Program-made: the position numbers and the translations under genes
From: Dehalococcoidia bacterium
GTDB taxonomy: Bacteria; Chloroflexota; Dehalococcoidia; Bin125
Reading direction: 5' to 3'
Assembly: GCA_965237475.1 (NCBI GenBank)
Contig: OZ250140.1
Location: 483,549-547,548, forward strand
DNA: 64,000 nucleotides
Shown: positions 42,132 through 52,068 of the stretch, one piece after another
Numbering within the stretch: the first letter of the stretch is position 1
Layout of the letters: every line of letters starts with the position of its first letter
Notes under the pieces: generated by a model
Databases searched by the model: none
Seen by the model: only the letters and a program-made list of their open reading frames with translations
What the model was told of the DNA's origin: nothing

Positions 42132-42808
42132 ATGCGCTCCGCCTCAATCGCCGCGCCAGGGGATGCTGATGGGGCTGGCCTTCATGACCGGGCGGCTGAT
42201 CGGCCATCGCATCCGCCCTGTGGTGATCCGCGCGCACAGCAGCCCCGTACCGTGGATCGACCGGTCCGAGTTCTTCGAACCCACCTGACAAGGGACGCCA
42301 AATCCTCGACCGCATCTGGAGTGCCCGGGACTGGCTGCCGGCTAGGTAGTTCGCACTCGCCGAGTAGACGCGTCCGTTGGGAATGCTCGCGCAATGCGCC
42401 CGCCAACCGCCGTGCTCCCGCGCCCCAATCTCGGGCTCAGTTCAGTCCGTGCGGATACGCGCGATGGGGCCGCGCAGTCGCCGGTCGATTTCCCACCAGC
42501 CCGCCGGCGCAGTTGGGGCGTTCAATCCCGCCCGGCAAGAGGCCCTTAGGCTTGGTGGCGTCGCCTGTCGACTCAGACCGTCCGAGATCCAGACCGCCCG
42601 TCGGCTGATCAGAGTTCGAGCACGAACCTCAGCGGGAAGCTTCTTGATTTTGACCAGTTTGGTGGACTGCGCAGTTCGCCTGCCGGATCGCTGTTGACCT
42701 CGGCGCTCGCGGTTGGAAGCCGGGGACGTTGATTTGCGAAAGCCGCCCTGAGGTCCGCTCACGATAGTAGCTGCGCAGCGGGAGCGAACTTGCCAGCCGC
42801 CAGGGCTT

Positions 42809-43986
42809 TAGGAACGCTCTGAACAAGTCACCCGTCTGAGCACTGGATAGGATCCGGGTAGCGACCGCCGAAGGGAGCGCTGGCATGCCGGAGCTGACGT
42901 TTGCCAGCCTGGAGTCTGCCCACAAGAAGCACAAGACCCGGCGCGAGCGGTTCCTGGAACGAACCGAGGCGCTGACGCCCTGGGCCGAGCTGGAGCCGAC
43001 GATTGAGCCGCACTATCCCAAGCCCGGACGGGGGCGGCGCCCGTACCCGCTGAGCGTGATCCTGCGCGTGCATCTGGTGCAGCTCTGCTGCAACCTGAGC
43101 GACCCGGCGATGGAAGACCTCCTCTACGAGGCCGAGTCGGTGCGGCGCTGCTGCGGGCTCAGCTTGAGCGGCGCGATCCCGGACGAATCGACGATCCTGC
43201 ACTTCCGCCACCTGCTCGAGCAGCAGCAGCTCGGCGAGGCGCTGCTGGAGACGATCAATGCGCGGCTCGCCGGACAGGGCCTGCGGCTGAGCGCGGGCAC
43301 GATCGTCGATGCCAGCATCATCGCCGCGCCGTCCTCGACCAAGAACCAACGCCGCGCGCGCGACCCGGAGATGCACCAGACGCGCAAGGGCAACGAGTGG
43401 CACTTCGGGATGAAGCTGCACATCGGCGTGGACGCCGACACGGGCCTGACGCACAGTCTGAGCACGACCGCGGCCAACGCGGCCGATGTGACCGAGGCCC
43501 ACCGGCGCTTGCGCGGGGGCGAGCGGGAGGCCCACGGCGACGCCGGCTGCCAGGGCGCGGAACGGCGACCCGAGGCGGCCGGCTCAGCGGTTGAGTGGCG
43601 GGTGGCGATGCGTCCCGGACGCCGGCGCCGGTTGGCGCCGGACAGTGCCTTGGCCGAGCGCGAGCGGGCCTCGCTGCGGGCCAAGGTTGAGCATCCCTTC
43701 CCCTACCTCAAGCAGCGCTTCGGCGATCGCCGGACGCGCTACCGCTGCCTGGTCAAGAACCATCAGCGCCTGGCGCTGCTGCTCGGCCTGGCCAACCTGC
43801 TGACCGCTGAGCCGCAACTCGCCTGAACCGGGCCGTCGCTTGCCGATCGCTCCTACGGCGCTGCACAACAACTCCAGCAGCGGCCGCGACCCGCCTCGGA
43901 CCCCCTCCGCAAGGCCGTGCCTCGCCTACAACACGCCTCAGCGGTCGCCAGCCAGGCTCGCTGGCACGTTGTTCAGAGCCTTCCTA
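42809..43986 (+). mobile_element. IS5-family insertion sequence
   Basis: Terminal IRs TAGGAACGCTCTGAACAA (left) and TTGTTCAGAGCCTTCCTA (right; 17/18 match when reverse-complemented). A single DDE transposase ORF lies inside. Confidence 0.8.
42885..43826 (+). CDS. IS5-family DDE transposase
   Basis: 313 aa. IS5/IS1182-like transposase pattern. Confidence 0.85.
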   Translation: MPELTFASLESAHKKHKTRRERFLERTEALTPWAELEPTIEPHYPKPGRGRRPYPLSVILRVHLVQLCCNLSDPAMEDLLYEAESVRRCCGLSLSGAIPDESTILHFRHLLEQQQLGEALLETINARLAGQGLRLSAGTIVDASIIAAPSSTKNQRRARDPEMHQTRKGNEWHFGMKLHIGVDADTGLTHSLSTTAANAADVTEAHRRLRGGEREAHGDAGCQGAERRPEAAGSAVEWRVAMRPGRRRRLAPDSALAERERASLRAKVEHPFPYLKQRFGDRRTRYRCLVKNHQRLALLLGLANLLTAEPQLA

Positions 43987-44475
43987 GCTGAACTGGCTGG
44001 TCCCAGACTGACGACTGCGCCGAGGCCGAGCGGGTCCGCAACCTGCGTGACTACGTTGCAGACCGCGCCCACACTGGCTGCTGGAGCCGCGGCCGAACCT
44101 CAGAGCGCGTGATCGACAGGGCCAAACTGTGGTCGCAACTCACAGCCGCATGGGTCGCCAGAGCCTGGGCACAGAACCGACTAGCGCACGTTCACATCGG
44201 CGACGGAATCGCCAATCGCAGCCGGTGTTGGATCTCCCACTGCCCCTGGCTCCCGCTCCCCGATTCGAGCGGGGCCGGGTCACCGAGCCAGTCGGCGGGT
44301 GAGTTGACTAACCACGAACATCTCTGCCCCAGATGTGTACCGTCCTTCGTCCGAAATGACCCAGCACCGCTTGATTCAAACTCAGTTGCACTGGCAAGGT
44401 GCTTTGACATGCATCATCGGTTGCCTCTTCAGCGCGCTATGGTCAGATGCCAATCGGATGGGCGAGAATCTTCTG

Positions 44476-46541
44476 ATGCGGCGCATGAAGCACATCGCCT
44501 GCCTCGTCATAAGTGCCGTTGCAGCCGCCCTCATCCTCCCCGCGCAGTCCGTGTCTGCGGATGACCAGCCGCCAGCGTCGCTGCCCGTCACGATCCAGTT
44601 GTATCCGGGTTGGAACCTGGTCGGTTGGCTGGGCGAGGAAACCACCGCGGGCTCCTTGTTCGAGTCCATTGAGAGTCTGGAGGTCGTCTTCGTCAGTCGC
44701 CACGTCAAGCGGGTCGGTGGAGTCCAATGGGAGGAGGTACTGCGCAAGTCGGATCTGACCATGCAAGCGGGAGAAGCGCTCTGGCTGAAGCTGCGCGAAG
44801 ACGGTCAGGTGTCGTGGACCCAGCAGGCGTTCACCGAAGTCGATCCGCTGCAACTCCAACCCGGGCTCAATGCCGCCGTCTGGGCCTGGCGCCACGACTC
44901 GTGGGCTGCTCGGCAATATCTCGCGCAGAGGCGCTGGCGCCGCGACCTGCCCGAGTTCAGCGCCTGGGATGCGGCGGCGACAGTGTTGGGTTCCAACCTG
45001 AACGCTATCTGGCGCTGGAACGCATAAAGCCAGCTTTTTGAATTCTGGGGCCGTGGCGCGCCCATCGACCACCGCTCGCGGGACATTCCGGCGCTGCAAA
45101 CCGGCGAGGCGCTGCTGGTCAACGTCTCCAACCAACCCTCCTGGCACGCTCCGCAGGGTCCGGCGGGAGTCGGGACCGAATGGCTCTCTGTCGAGCAGGA
45201 GCGGGATCTTCGAACGGCAATCGCCAGCGTGCATGACTTCTTCGATGGTCACCTGGGACGAGATGCGCCGCGATCACGATCACCGAGTTACCACTCCCTT
45301 GTCTGACCGGCGGAAGCGCTCTGCTACTCGTGCTCTATTTGCCGTGCGAAGAGATCGACTGGCTCATCGGTGTCGCGCTGTCCCAGCACTACGTTCTTCG
45401 CTTCGAATGGCAATCACGTCAGGCCGGCCCGCGGTCCGAGCCCGCCTGTCTGAAGGTCGGGATCGCCCAGTACACCGGCGCGCGCTATCGCGCCGATCGC
45501 GGGATTCACCCACTGGCCAAGTCCCGTGGGACCCTGATCGAGCTGTCCCGTTCCACGCGGCTGAGACTGGATGACCCCCTGTTCTCCCAGGATGTCCAGA
45601 CTCCCGAGCGAGCGCCGCTGTGGGCAAACGACGCAGAGGTGCTGCACGGCGTGCTGAGGGCGCTAGCCGTCGAGTGGCTCGCGGAGACCTTCGGCGAAGC
45701 GGCTGTGCGCTCTCACATCATCGCCACGCGTTCGATCCACTGGGCCGATGCGTTTGAGCAGGCGTTTGGGCGAACGGCCGCCGAAGCCCTCGCAGACTTT
45801 GAGGCGTACCGCCTGGAGCTCTCGCTGATCGACGGTCGCCGCACGTGGTCGAATCGCCCCTATCACCAGGTTGCGATGCTCGGAGCACTGGCCGAACGCC
45901 GCTGGGAGACCTGGGAGCTGGTCGAGCAAATCATCAACCACTTCGACGCTGAACACGATCTCAGGGCGGGCTCGGCGACCTTCATCCTCGGCCTCCTGCC
46001 GGCTGACTACTTGGTTCTGAGCGGAGAGCCCGGATACCTCTCATGCGGGCGGACGTTTGACAGCGTGCTCCTCATCGTCGCCGGCTGCGGGATGGCAAAC
46101 CAGATCGCGCACGAGTACGCGCAGGTGCTGCAAGGCCACTTCCGCGTCGGTACCGTCCTGGGCAGCTATCCAAATTGGTTGCTGGAGGGTCACGCCGACT
46201 ACCTGGCTTACGAGTTCGTCGGCGCGATGGGCATCGAGGAGCACGGTGGATCAAGCCCGTACAGCAGGGCGAACGACCTCAGGCGGATACCGCCGTGGTT
46301 GGGCACAGGGCTTACCGACGAGGAACTGGCCCAGGCGGCCCTGAACGATGAACCGTATGTCGCCGGCGAGGCAGCAATCAAGCTGATTATTGAGCTGTTC
46401 GGCCACGACGCGCTCTTGGAGCTGCTGGGTCCGACAGACACGTTCGATTACGGCGAGCACTTCGAGACCGTGACCCGAACCAGCCTGAGCCGTTTCGTGG
46501 CGCATTTCGGCATGCACCTGCGGTCGCTGCCTGCACAATGA
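44476..46541 (+). pseudogene. paralog of the secreted Peptidase_MA_2-like protein at 48465..49727, disrupted (in-frame TAA at 45025-45027, frame change near 45300) and with HEYAQ in place of HExxH
   Basis: Signal peptide MRRMKHIACLVISAVAAALILPAQS. Shared 'LYPGWNLVGW' and 'AIWRWNA/AIAWRWDP' blocks. The alignment with the paralog runs straight through the TAA. Downstream part: IAHEYAQVLQGH...NWLLEGHADYLAYE. Confidence 0.5.
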
Positions 46542-47100
46542 CGTCGGAGGGAGGTGCGCGCCCGCTGCCAGCCCGGGTTAGGCGGAGGGCGCGCAATTGG
46601 ATTGAAGGACGAAGCGCGCGGCAGTGACTCCAATGCAGGGGATTGAACCCTTCCGAGCTAAAGCTCAAGATCGAACGTCAACACGAAGGCTCTCGATATC
46701 GTCCGGTTCGGTGGGCCTCGCCGTTGGACCGTCGCGTCGTCCGCGATCTCGCCGCCTGCGGATGGAGAACGTTGTAAGCGGCAACGGTTCCGAATTCCGC
46801 TCGCGCGAGTTCGGCCGGTCCGGAGCAGAACTCGGCAGGGCCCAGGGCATTGCCTCGCCGATCGGTTGCAGCGGTGAGCTGCCATTGCATTGCCGTCCAC
46901 CGCAGAGCTGCAGCGACGGGCTGAACTCGATGGTTCCTGTCTTTGTTCGCTAGCGCGGTGGACCGGTCGACAGCGAGCTGTGCTGAACGGACAGGAACCC
47001 GAGCCGCGGGGAGGTCCCACCTTGCCCGGACTTCGTAGCGCGGGGTGAAGCGTTGCGTGTTGCGCCGTCCTTGTCGGTCGGACGGTTGTGGGCGTCGACA

Positions 47101-48468
47101 TCATGGCGCGCAGGGGTCGCTTGGGAGGACCCAATGTACGTCCTTCACGTCTGCCGAACTCACGGAGAGCTGGCGTTGCAACGCGGGATTCGATCCTGCG
47201 GCGCAGTCGCTTCGCCGCCAGTGGGGAAACACAAGAGTTTGCGGGCCCGCTGTAGGAGCGACCACGCTGAAGCGTCCGCTCTCGCTGGTAGTGGGGCCGA
47301 CGCAGGGACCGCGGCCGTCCGTTCCTTGGCACAAGTCGAATGTCAGATTGGCGTGTGGATTCAAGTCCGAGTCGGTCACTCGGCCCTCGATCAACCAGCG
47401 GCAGGCACCCGGGTCGATGCGCCACGTTAACGTCACCGGGGCTTCCGGACCGACGTGGAGATAGCCTCGTTCGACCGCGGTCGAGGTTTCCCGCTCCTGC
47501 CATTGCTCCACATTGTCGGACGTGATATGACAGGCGCCAGCTACTCCGAGCTTCGGACGACGGACGGTGATCGTCAAGCGGTGCTTGCCCGCCTCAGGTA
47601 CCGAAGCGACGAATGTTCCATCGGACCGAATCCGGGCAGAATAACTAAATGCCGGACCTAGCTCGTCGGGTAGTCGGTACAGGGTCACCGCGTGGCTGTC
47701 GTTCCAATCGGCCGAGCGGCCGAGCAGTTGGCCTTTCACTACCAGGTTGCATAACCCGCCGAGTTGCTCCGCAGACACCGTCACCGTTTGCGAGCCAGTC
47801 TCAAGCGGGTAGCGCCTCGCGCTATCGAGGTCGGCGACGAGCCCGTCATCGCTCAGATACAACGGACAAGAACGGCCTTGCTGATCGAGAGAGATCACGT
47901 ATTCGCCCGGCAGCGGAATCGAGGCAATGTACGCCTCTCTACCTGCTGGCCTTGCCTTCACGCAGCCGGCGCCGTCCGCCTTGCAGATGGATACGACCAG
48001 ATTGTGGCGTACAGCATCGGCTGCCTGACCTTCAGGCAGTCTCAAGGTGACGGTCAAATCACAGAACAAGGGGGGCAGGGCCAGGTCAATGCCAGCGACC
48101 ATGTCCAAGTTGGATTTGAGCTTGAGGGGTGTCCTTGTCCATGCCGCCTCACCAGCAACGCTCACAGGCAAGCGACAGTCGGTCGCCCCGTCAGCCAACG
48201 CCAGGGTATGCGCCTGACCCTTCGGCAGATTGAGCGTGAATGCGCCATCATCGGCGACCGCCGCGACGTGCACGAGCGGGAGGCGATCAACGATTTGATC
48301 GATAGCCGTCGCGACGACGAACCCTCCCGACGGAAGCGCATCGGCGTCGAACTGCACACGTCCGTGGAACTGCGTGAACAGGTCGCGCCTGCGTTCGTAG
48401 AAATAGTCATAGAACTCGGCGGTGGTCAGTCCAAAGGCGCGGGCAAATGCTGCCTCCCAGGTGGTCAC
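47101..48468 (-). CDS. C-terminal continuation of the Peptidase_MA_2-like protein (Ig-like/prealbumin-like beta domains), separated from it by a 4-nt overlap/frame change
   Basis: Begins MTTWEAAFARAFGLTTAEFYDYF, which aligns to the region of the paralog 45330..46541 immediately after the point where 48465..49727 stops. GTG 48468 overlaps TGA 48465-48467. Confidence 0.55.
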   Translation of the reverse strand: MTTWEAAFARAFGLTTAEFYDYFYERRRDLFTQFHGRVQFDADALPSGGFVVATAIDQIVDRLPLVHVAAVADDGAFTLNLPKGQAHTLALADGATDCRLPVSVAGEAAWTRTPLKLKSNLDMVAGIDLALPPLFCDLTVTLRLPEGQAADAVRHNLVVSICKADGAGCVKARPAGREAYIASIPLPGEYVISLDQQGRSCPLYLSDDGLVADLDSARRYPLETGSQTVTVSAEQLGGLCNLVVKGQLLGRSADWNDSHAVTLYRLPDELGPAFSYSARIRSDGTFVASVPEAGKHRLTITVRRPKLGVAGACHITSDNVEQWQERETSTAVERGYLHVGPEAPVTLTWRIDPGACRWLIEGRVTDSDLNPHANLTFDLCQGTDGRGPCVGPTTSESGRFSVVAPTAGPQTLVFPHWRRSDCAAGSNPALQRQLSVSSADVKDVHWVLPSDPCAP

Positions 48469-49727
48469 CTCGGTTCGTCGGAGCCCAGGATGCGCCAGAA
48501 GTTGAGCAGCGAGTCGAGGTCGGTCAGTTCGAGGAGGTAAGGGATGGCGATCGTGTCTTGCCGGTAAGATCCTGGGCTGACGAGGCCGCCCTGGTCATAG
48601 AGCGACAAGTCCAAGAGATTCGAGCGAGCTGCGGTCTGCTGGTCGATGACCGGGAATGGTCTGCCAAACCGATCCCACACCGTTGTCCCTTCCACCAGCC
48701 AGTTCGGGACGAATGGACGGTTCGGCGTCGTGAACTCGAACTGAACCAGATGAAAGTACTCGTGCGTCATCACATGTCGTCCGAATGCGTATAGCTCCGA
48801 CTCGTACTCCCGACCGAGGGTCTCGTCCCAGGTCTCCCATGGGATCACGATCACATGTGGACTCCCGCCGGTCGTGGGAGCACCCCGCAGCGCGGCTCCG
48901 GCGGCGTCCGAATCCTTAAGTAGCCCCGAGCGCGTCTGCGAGGTTGTCGGAATCTTGACCACGAAGTGAGATGGATCGATTTCGACTCGGCCGTGGCCTG
49001 TGAACAACGCAACCGTGTGGATGAGGTCGTTCTTGACGATCAGCTCGAAGTCGCGTTCAAGATAATCGTGGTCCAATCCACCGGGGAACTCAATCTCCGG
49101 CAAACGCCCAGACGGATGCAGCCAGGGAGTAGCCCTCTTTAGCTGGAGAATGAAGGCGTCGCCGCGATTCACCGGCAGCCCGTCTCGGTATGGAGCGTAT
49201 ACGTCGGGCGCCCAGGCCTTGAACTCTTGTTGACTCGGGTCCCAGCGCCAGGCGATAGCGAGGTGCGGCTGCAGGCCGACCAGTGCATCGCCAATCGGAA
49301 TGTTGTTTCCGCCTGTCCAGGCGACCGCATTGTGGCCGGCGCCCATTTCGAAGAACCGGCGGGCGGGTGGAGCATCGCGTGTCCAGATGACCTGTTCCGT
49401 TCCACTGACTCGGAACCAATAGCCGACTCCGAAGCGCAGCAGCTGTAGCCCGCGCTTATCCTCAGCCGTATTGCGGATTGCGGAGAGGCCGTCGAGTTGG
49501 TGGATCGACTCGAGCTGTGGTAGCTCCTCGAACAACTCGGCAACGGCGCGGTCCTCGTGGATCCAGCCAACAAGATTCCAACCCGGGTACAAGATGGTCG
49601 TAGAGGCGTCCTCAGCCGAAATCGGAGCACGCGCCACCGCCAGCGCGACCGCCAGGACCGCTACCGACGCGAGAACAAGACGACATGTCAGGCGCGCTTG
49701 GCTTGGCATCGGCCGGTTTCGGTCCAC
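48465..49727 (-). CDS. secreted zinc metallopeptidase-like protein (Peptidase_MA_2-type HEYFH...NWLVEG) with N-terminal 'LYPGWNLVGW' domain
   Basis: Signal peptide. HExxH plus downstream WLxEG glutamate motif. Confidence 0.65.
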   Translation of the reverse strand: MDRNRPMPSQARLTCRLVLASVAVLAVALAVARAPISAEDASTTILYPGWNLVGWIHEDRAVAELFEELPQLESIHQLDGLSAIRNTAEDKRGLQLLRFGVGYWFRVSGTEQVIWTRDAPPARRFFEMGAGHNAVAWTGGNNIPIGDALVGLQPHLAIAWRWDPSQQEFKAWAPDVYAPYRDGLPVNRGDAFILQLKRATPWLHPSGRLPEIEFPGGLDHDYLERDFELIVKNDLIHTVALFTGHGRVEIDPSHFVVKIPTTSQTRSGLLKDSDAAGAALRGAPTTGGSPHVIVIPWETWDETLGREYESELYAFGRHVMTHEYFHLVQFEFTTPNRPFVPNWLVEGTTVWDRFGRPFPVIDQQTAARSNLLDLSLYDQGGLVSPGSYRQDTIAIPYLLELTDLDSLLNFWRILGSDEPR

Positions 49728-49827
49728 GCTCGATTGTGCGCATCGTATTCGATCGGGGAGCCGAGTCGGCCACAGTGAATTCCGACAGAATCTGCTCTGT
49801 TCTCAGTCGTCTATCGGACCGCCCGTT

Positions 49828-50214
49828 CTAGGGACCGGGTCGAGCCATGGACCAACTCTGTTTCAGCGCCCAGGATGCCGGCTGCGACGCCGATGCCGGT
49901 TGTAATCGCCAAGACGAAGAGCTGCATGGAGGGTCCTCGCCAACTTCGGGCTCGTGCCCGACTGATTCGACGATCGCGTCCAATACGTCTTCAAGCTCGC
50001 CGGCCGTGTCCCGCGCGCGAGCGGGGGTCGGACGGCTATCGCGCCCGCGCTCGGCACCGTCGCTGAAGAACAGGGACACACCCGCATCGACGTCCTCGCC
50101 GACCAGCTTGACCGTGAACGAGGCTTCACAGCGTTCGCCGGCCGGCACGTCAGTACACTCCGGCTCCGCCATGCTCCCAAGTTTCAGGTCGTGGCTGGAC
50201 GGCGCGGTGATCAA
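49828..50214 (-). CDS. hypothetical small protein (second of a coupled pair)
   Basis: ATGA overlap with the upstream 75-aa ORF. No homology recognised. Confidence 0.25.
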   Translation of the reverse strand: MITAPSSHDLKLGSMAEPECTDVPAGERCEASFTVKLVGEDVDAGVSLFFSDGAERGRDSRPTPARARDTAGELEDVLDAIVESVGHEPEVGEDPPCSSSSWRLQPASASQPASWALKQSWSMARPGP

Positions 50215-50438
50215 AAAGCCATGGCCCGATCGCTCTCGCCACGGCGCATGATGTGGCAGCCGGCTGCGAAGTAGAGAATCACGTAGAAGTCCACCGAGGC
50301 CTCGTCCATCTGACCCGCTGCGTCCGTCACGACCGCGCGAATCGGCTTGGGCCCTGAGTCCACTTCGGGATGTTCGCGCAATCCTCGCCCGTCGAATTTG
50401 TCAATCAACGACTCCGCCGCTGTCGTCACGCAGCTCAC
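50211..50438 (-). CDS. hypothetical small protein (first of a coupled pair)
   Basis: 75-aa ORF whose stop overlaps the next ORF's start by 4 nt. Confidence 0.25.
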   Translation of the reverse strand: MSCVTTAAESLIDKFDGRGLREHPEVDSGPKPIRAVVTDAAGQMDEASVDFYVILYFAAGCHIMRRGESDRAMAF

Positions 50439-52068
50439 CGACGCGCGGCCGCCGGGGTCTGCTCAGCCTCGCCCTCGTCGCCACGGACAAGCTGCCTGGT
50501 TGTCTCCGCTTCGTCCCCGGCGCCAGCCCATTCGCCGACGCTCGCCTCGCGAGCCGCGATTCCCCCCGCCACCGCGAGCGGCCCCGCCGACAGCACAAAC
50601 AGGGCCAGGTCGCGCATCCTGATTCGACTCGGCTTGGCTCTCATCTTACGCTCGTCCGTTCGCGGGTCAGCCTCATTCGAATGGCAGACTCCCCTCAAGA
50701 GCCGGGACTCGGGTCCCAGGCCACCGATCGCGTCCCAGACTGTTCCCAGCGAGTCTCGCGCAACGGCCCCAGCAGATCGTGCGGCTCGGCCGCGGCGGCG
50801 TATATGAGGAGGAACGGCCGACGGTGCCGCGTGAGTTGGTCACTGCCTCTGGCGAATGCGCAGTATCGCTCCTTCTCCTGCTGGTCCAGCTGACCGCGAT
50901 CAAGTGACCGCACCTTCACGTAGATTTGCGATAGGGAGGCGGGGTCCCTAGATGCCCGCATCGCCGCAGTCGACTCAGCGAGATCGGCGATGCAAGCGAG
51001 TCGTGGCGCGGCCGCCCAACGGTCCAGCGACCACGCGCAAGTTTGGTGACGAGGACCGCAAGCCGCGCTACATGCGGTCGCTACCGCGGTGCAAGTGGCA
51101 GAAGCGTACAGCCGACATGTGCGGAGACACGCAGGTAGCGCCATCGCAACCCGTGCTTCTGAGCGCGGGCGCTGCCCTCGGACAGGTGCGAGGCACACAG
51201 AGCGTGCAACGCGTGCCTCATCGGATGGATCTACCACGACGGGCGGCGCGCGAAACGGAGGAGCTCGGAGCTCAAATGCGAAGGTCAGGTCGAAGGTTCT
51301 TAACTTTGTCCAGTTTGGTGGACCTACCGGGACCGTACTGCGAACTTTCTGCTGGAAGGTCGCGTTGTAGGAGTGTGCACCGACGAGGCATCGCACGCCA
51401 GCTTGGCGCGGTCGAGCGCCTGCAGCGCCCAGTCGATCGGGTTCGATCGCAGGCCGTGCCGCAGAGTCAGCCGCCGCTCCGCTAGCGTGGCGCTGCCGAT
51501 CCGAGGGCCCCAGATACGCAGCAGCGCATGGGTAGCAGGCGGCGAGAACGCCACCAGGCCCGTCGCCGCTGCAGTGGTCGCCATGACCTCGCGCGCCTGG
51601 AGACAACCAGCCGCAGCCGCGCGCAAGCCGACCGTCCGAGACTGGATCCCGTCGGTCGCCCTACCGCTGGAGGGCGCTAGTTGGCAGGCGGCCGACTGAC
51701 CGCGGGGATGGTCGCGGCGCTGCTGGACAGCCGGCGGTCGAGCTCGGCCGCGTCGCGCAGCAAGCGGGCGCTGGCCAGCAGCCGCGCGCCCCACTCGCCA
51801 TCGATCTGCTGCTGCAGCGCGAACCCCACCCGTCCATCGGCCAGACGCCGCGCCGCGATTCGCAGCTCGGCCCGCAGCTCGATGCTACCCGCCGACGGCG
51901 CGACCGCTTCCCGCTTCCTCGCGGTCGAGCACGCTGACGCGACCACCAGCTCACCGCGTCCTCGCACATCCAGGACGATCGTTCGTGAAGTGATCTTCAC
52001 GCACGCCTGCGCATCATCCCCTGCCACCCCACAGGGTCAGACGCCGCCGCACCGTCGGTCAGCTGCAA

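Noticed and set aside
46621-46660. tRNA/tmRNA-like T-loop (GGGTTCAATCCCC) on the minus strand in the 560-bp gap between convergent genes
   Set aside because: The T-stem is imperfect and no acceptor pairing partner was found upstream; not enough to call an RNA gene. A long inverted repeat (GGTTCCTGTC...GACAGGAACC, 46939-47010) nearby might be a structured element, but this is unverified.
50695-51606. 303-aa minus-strand ORF and overlapping plus-strand ORFs in 50.4-52.0 kb
   Set aside because: Low-complexity Arg/Ala-rich translations without motifs; probably non-coding or degraded DNA.
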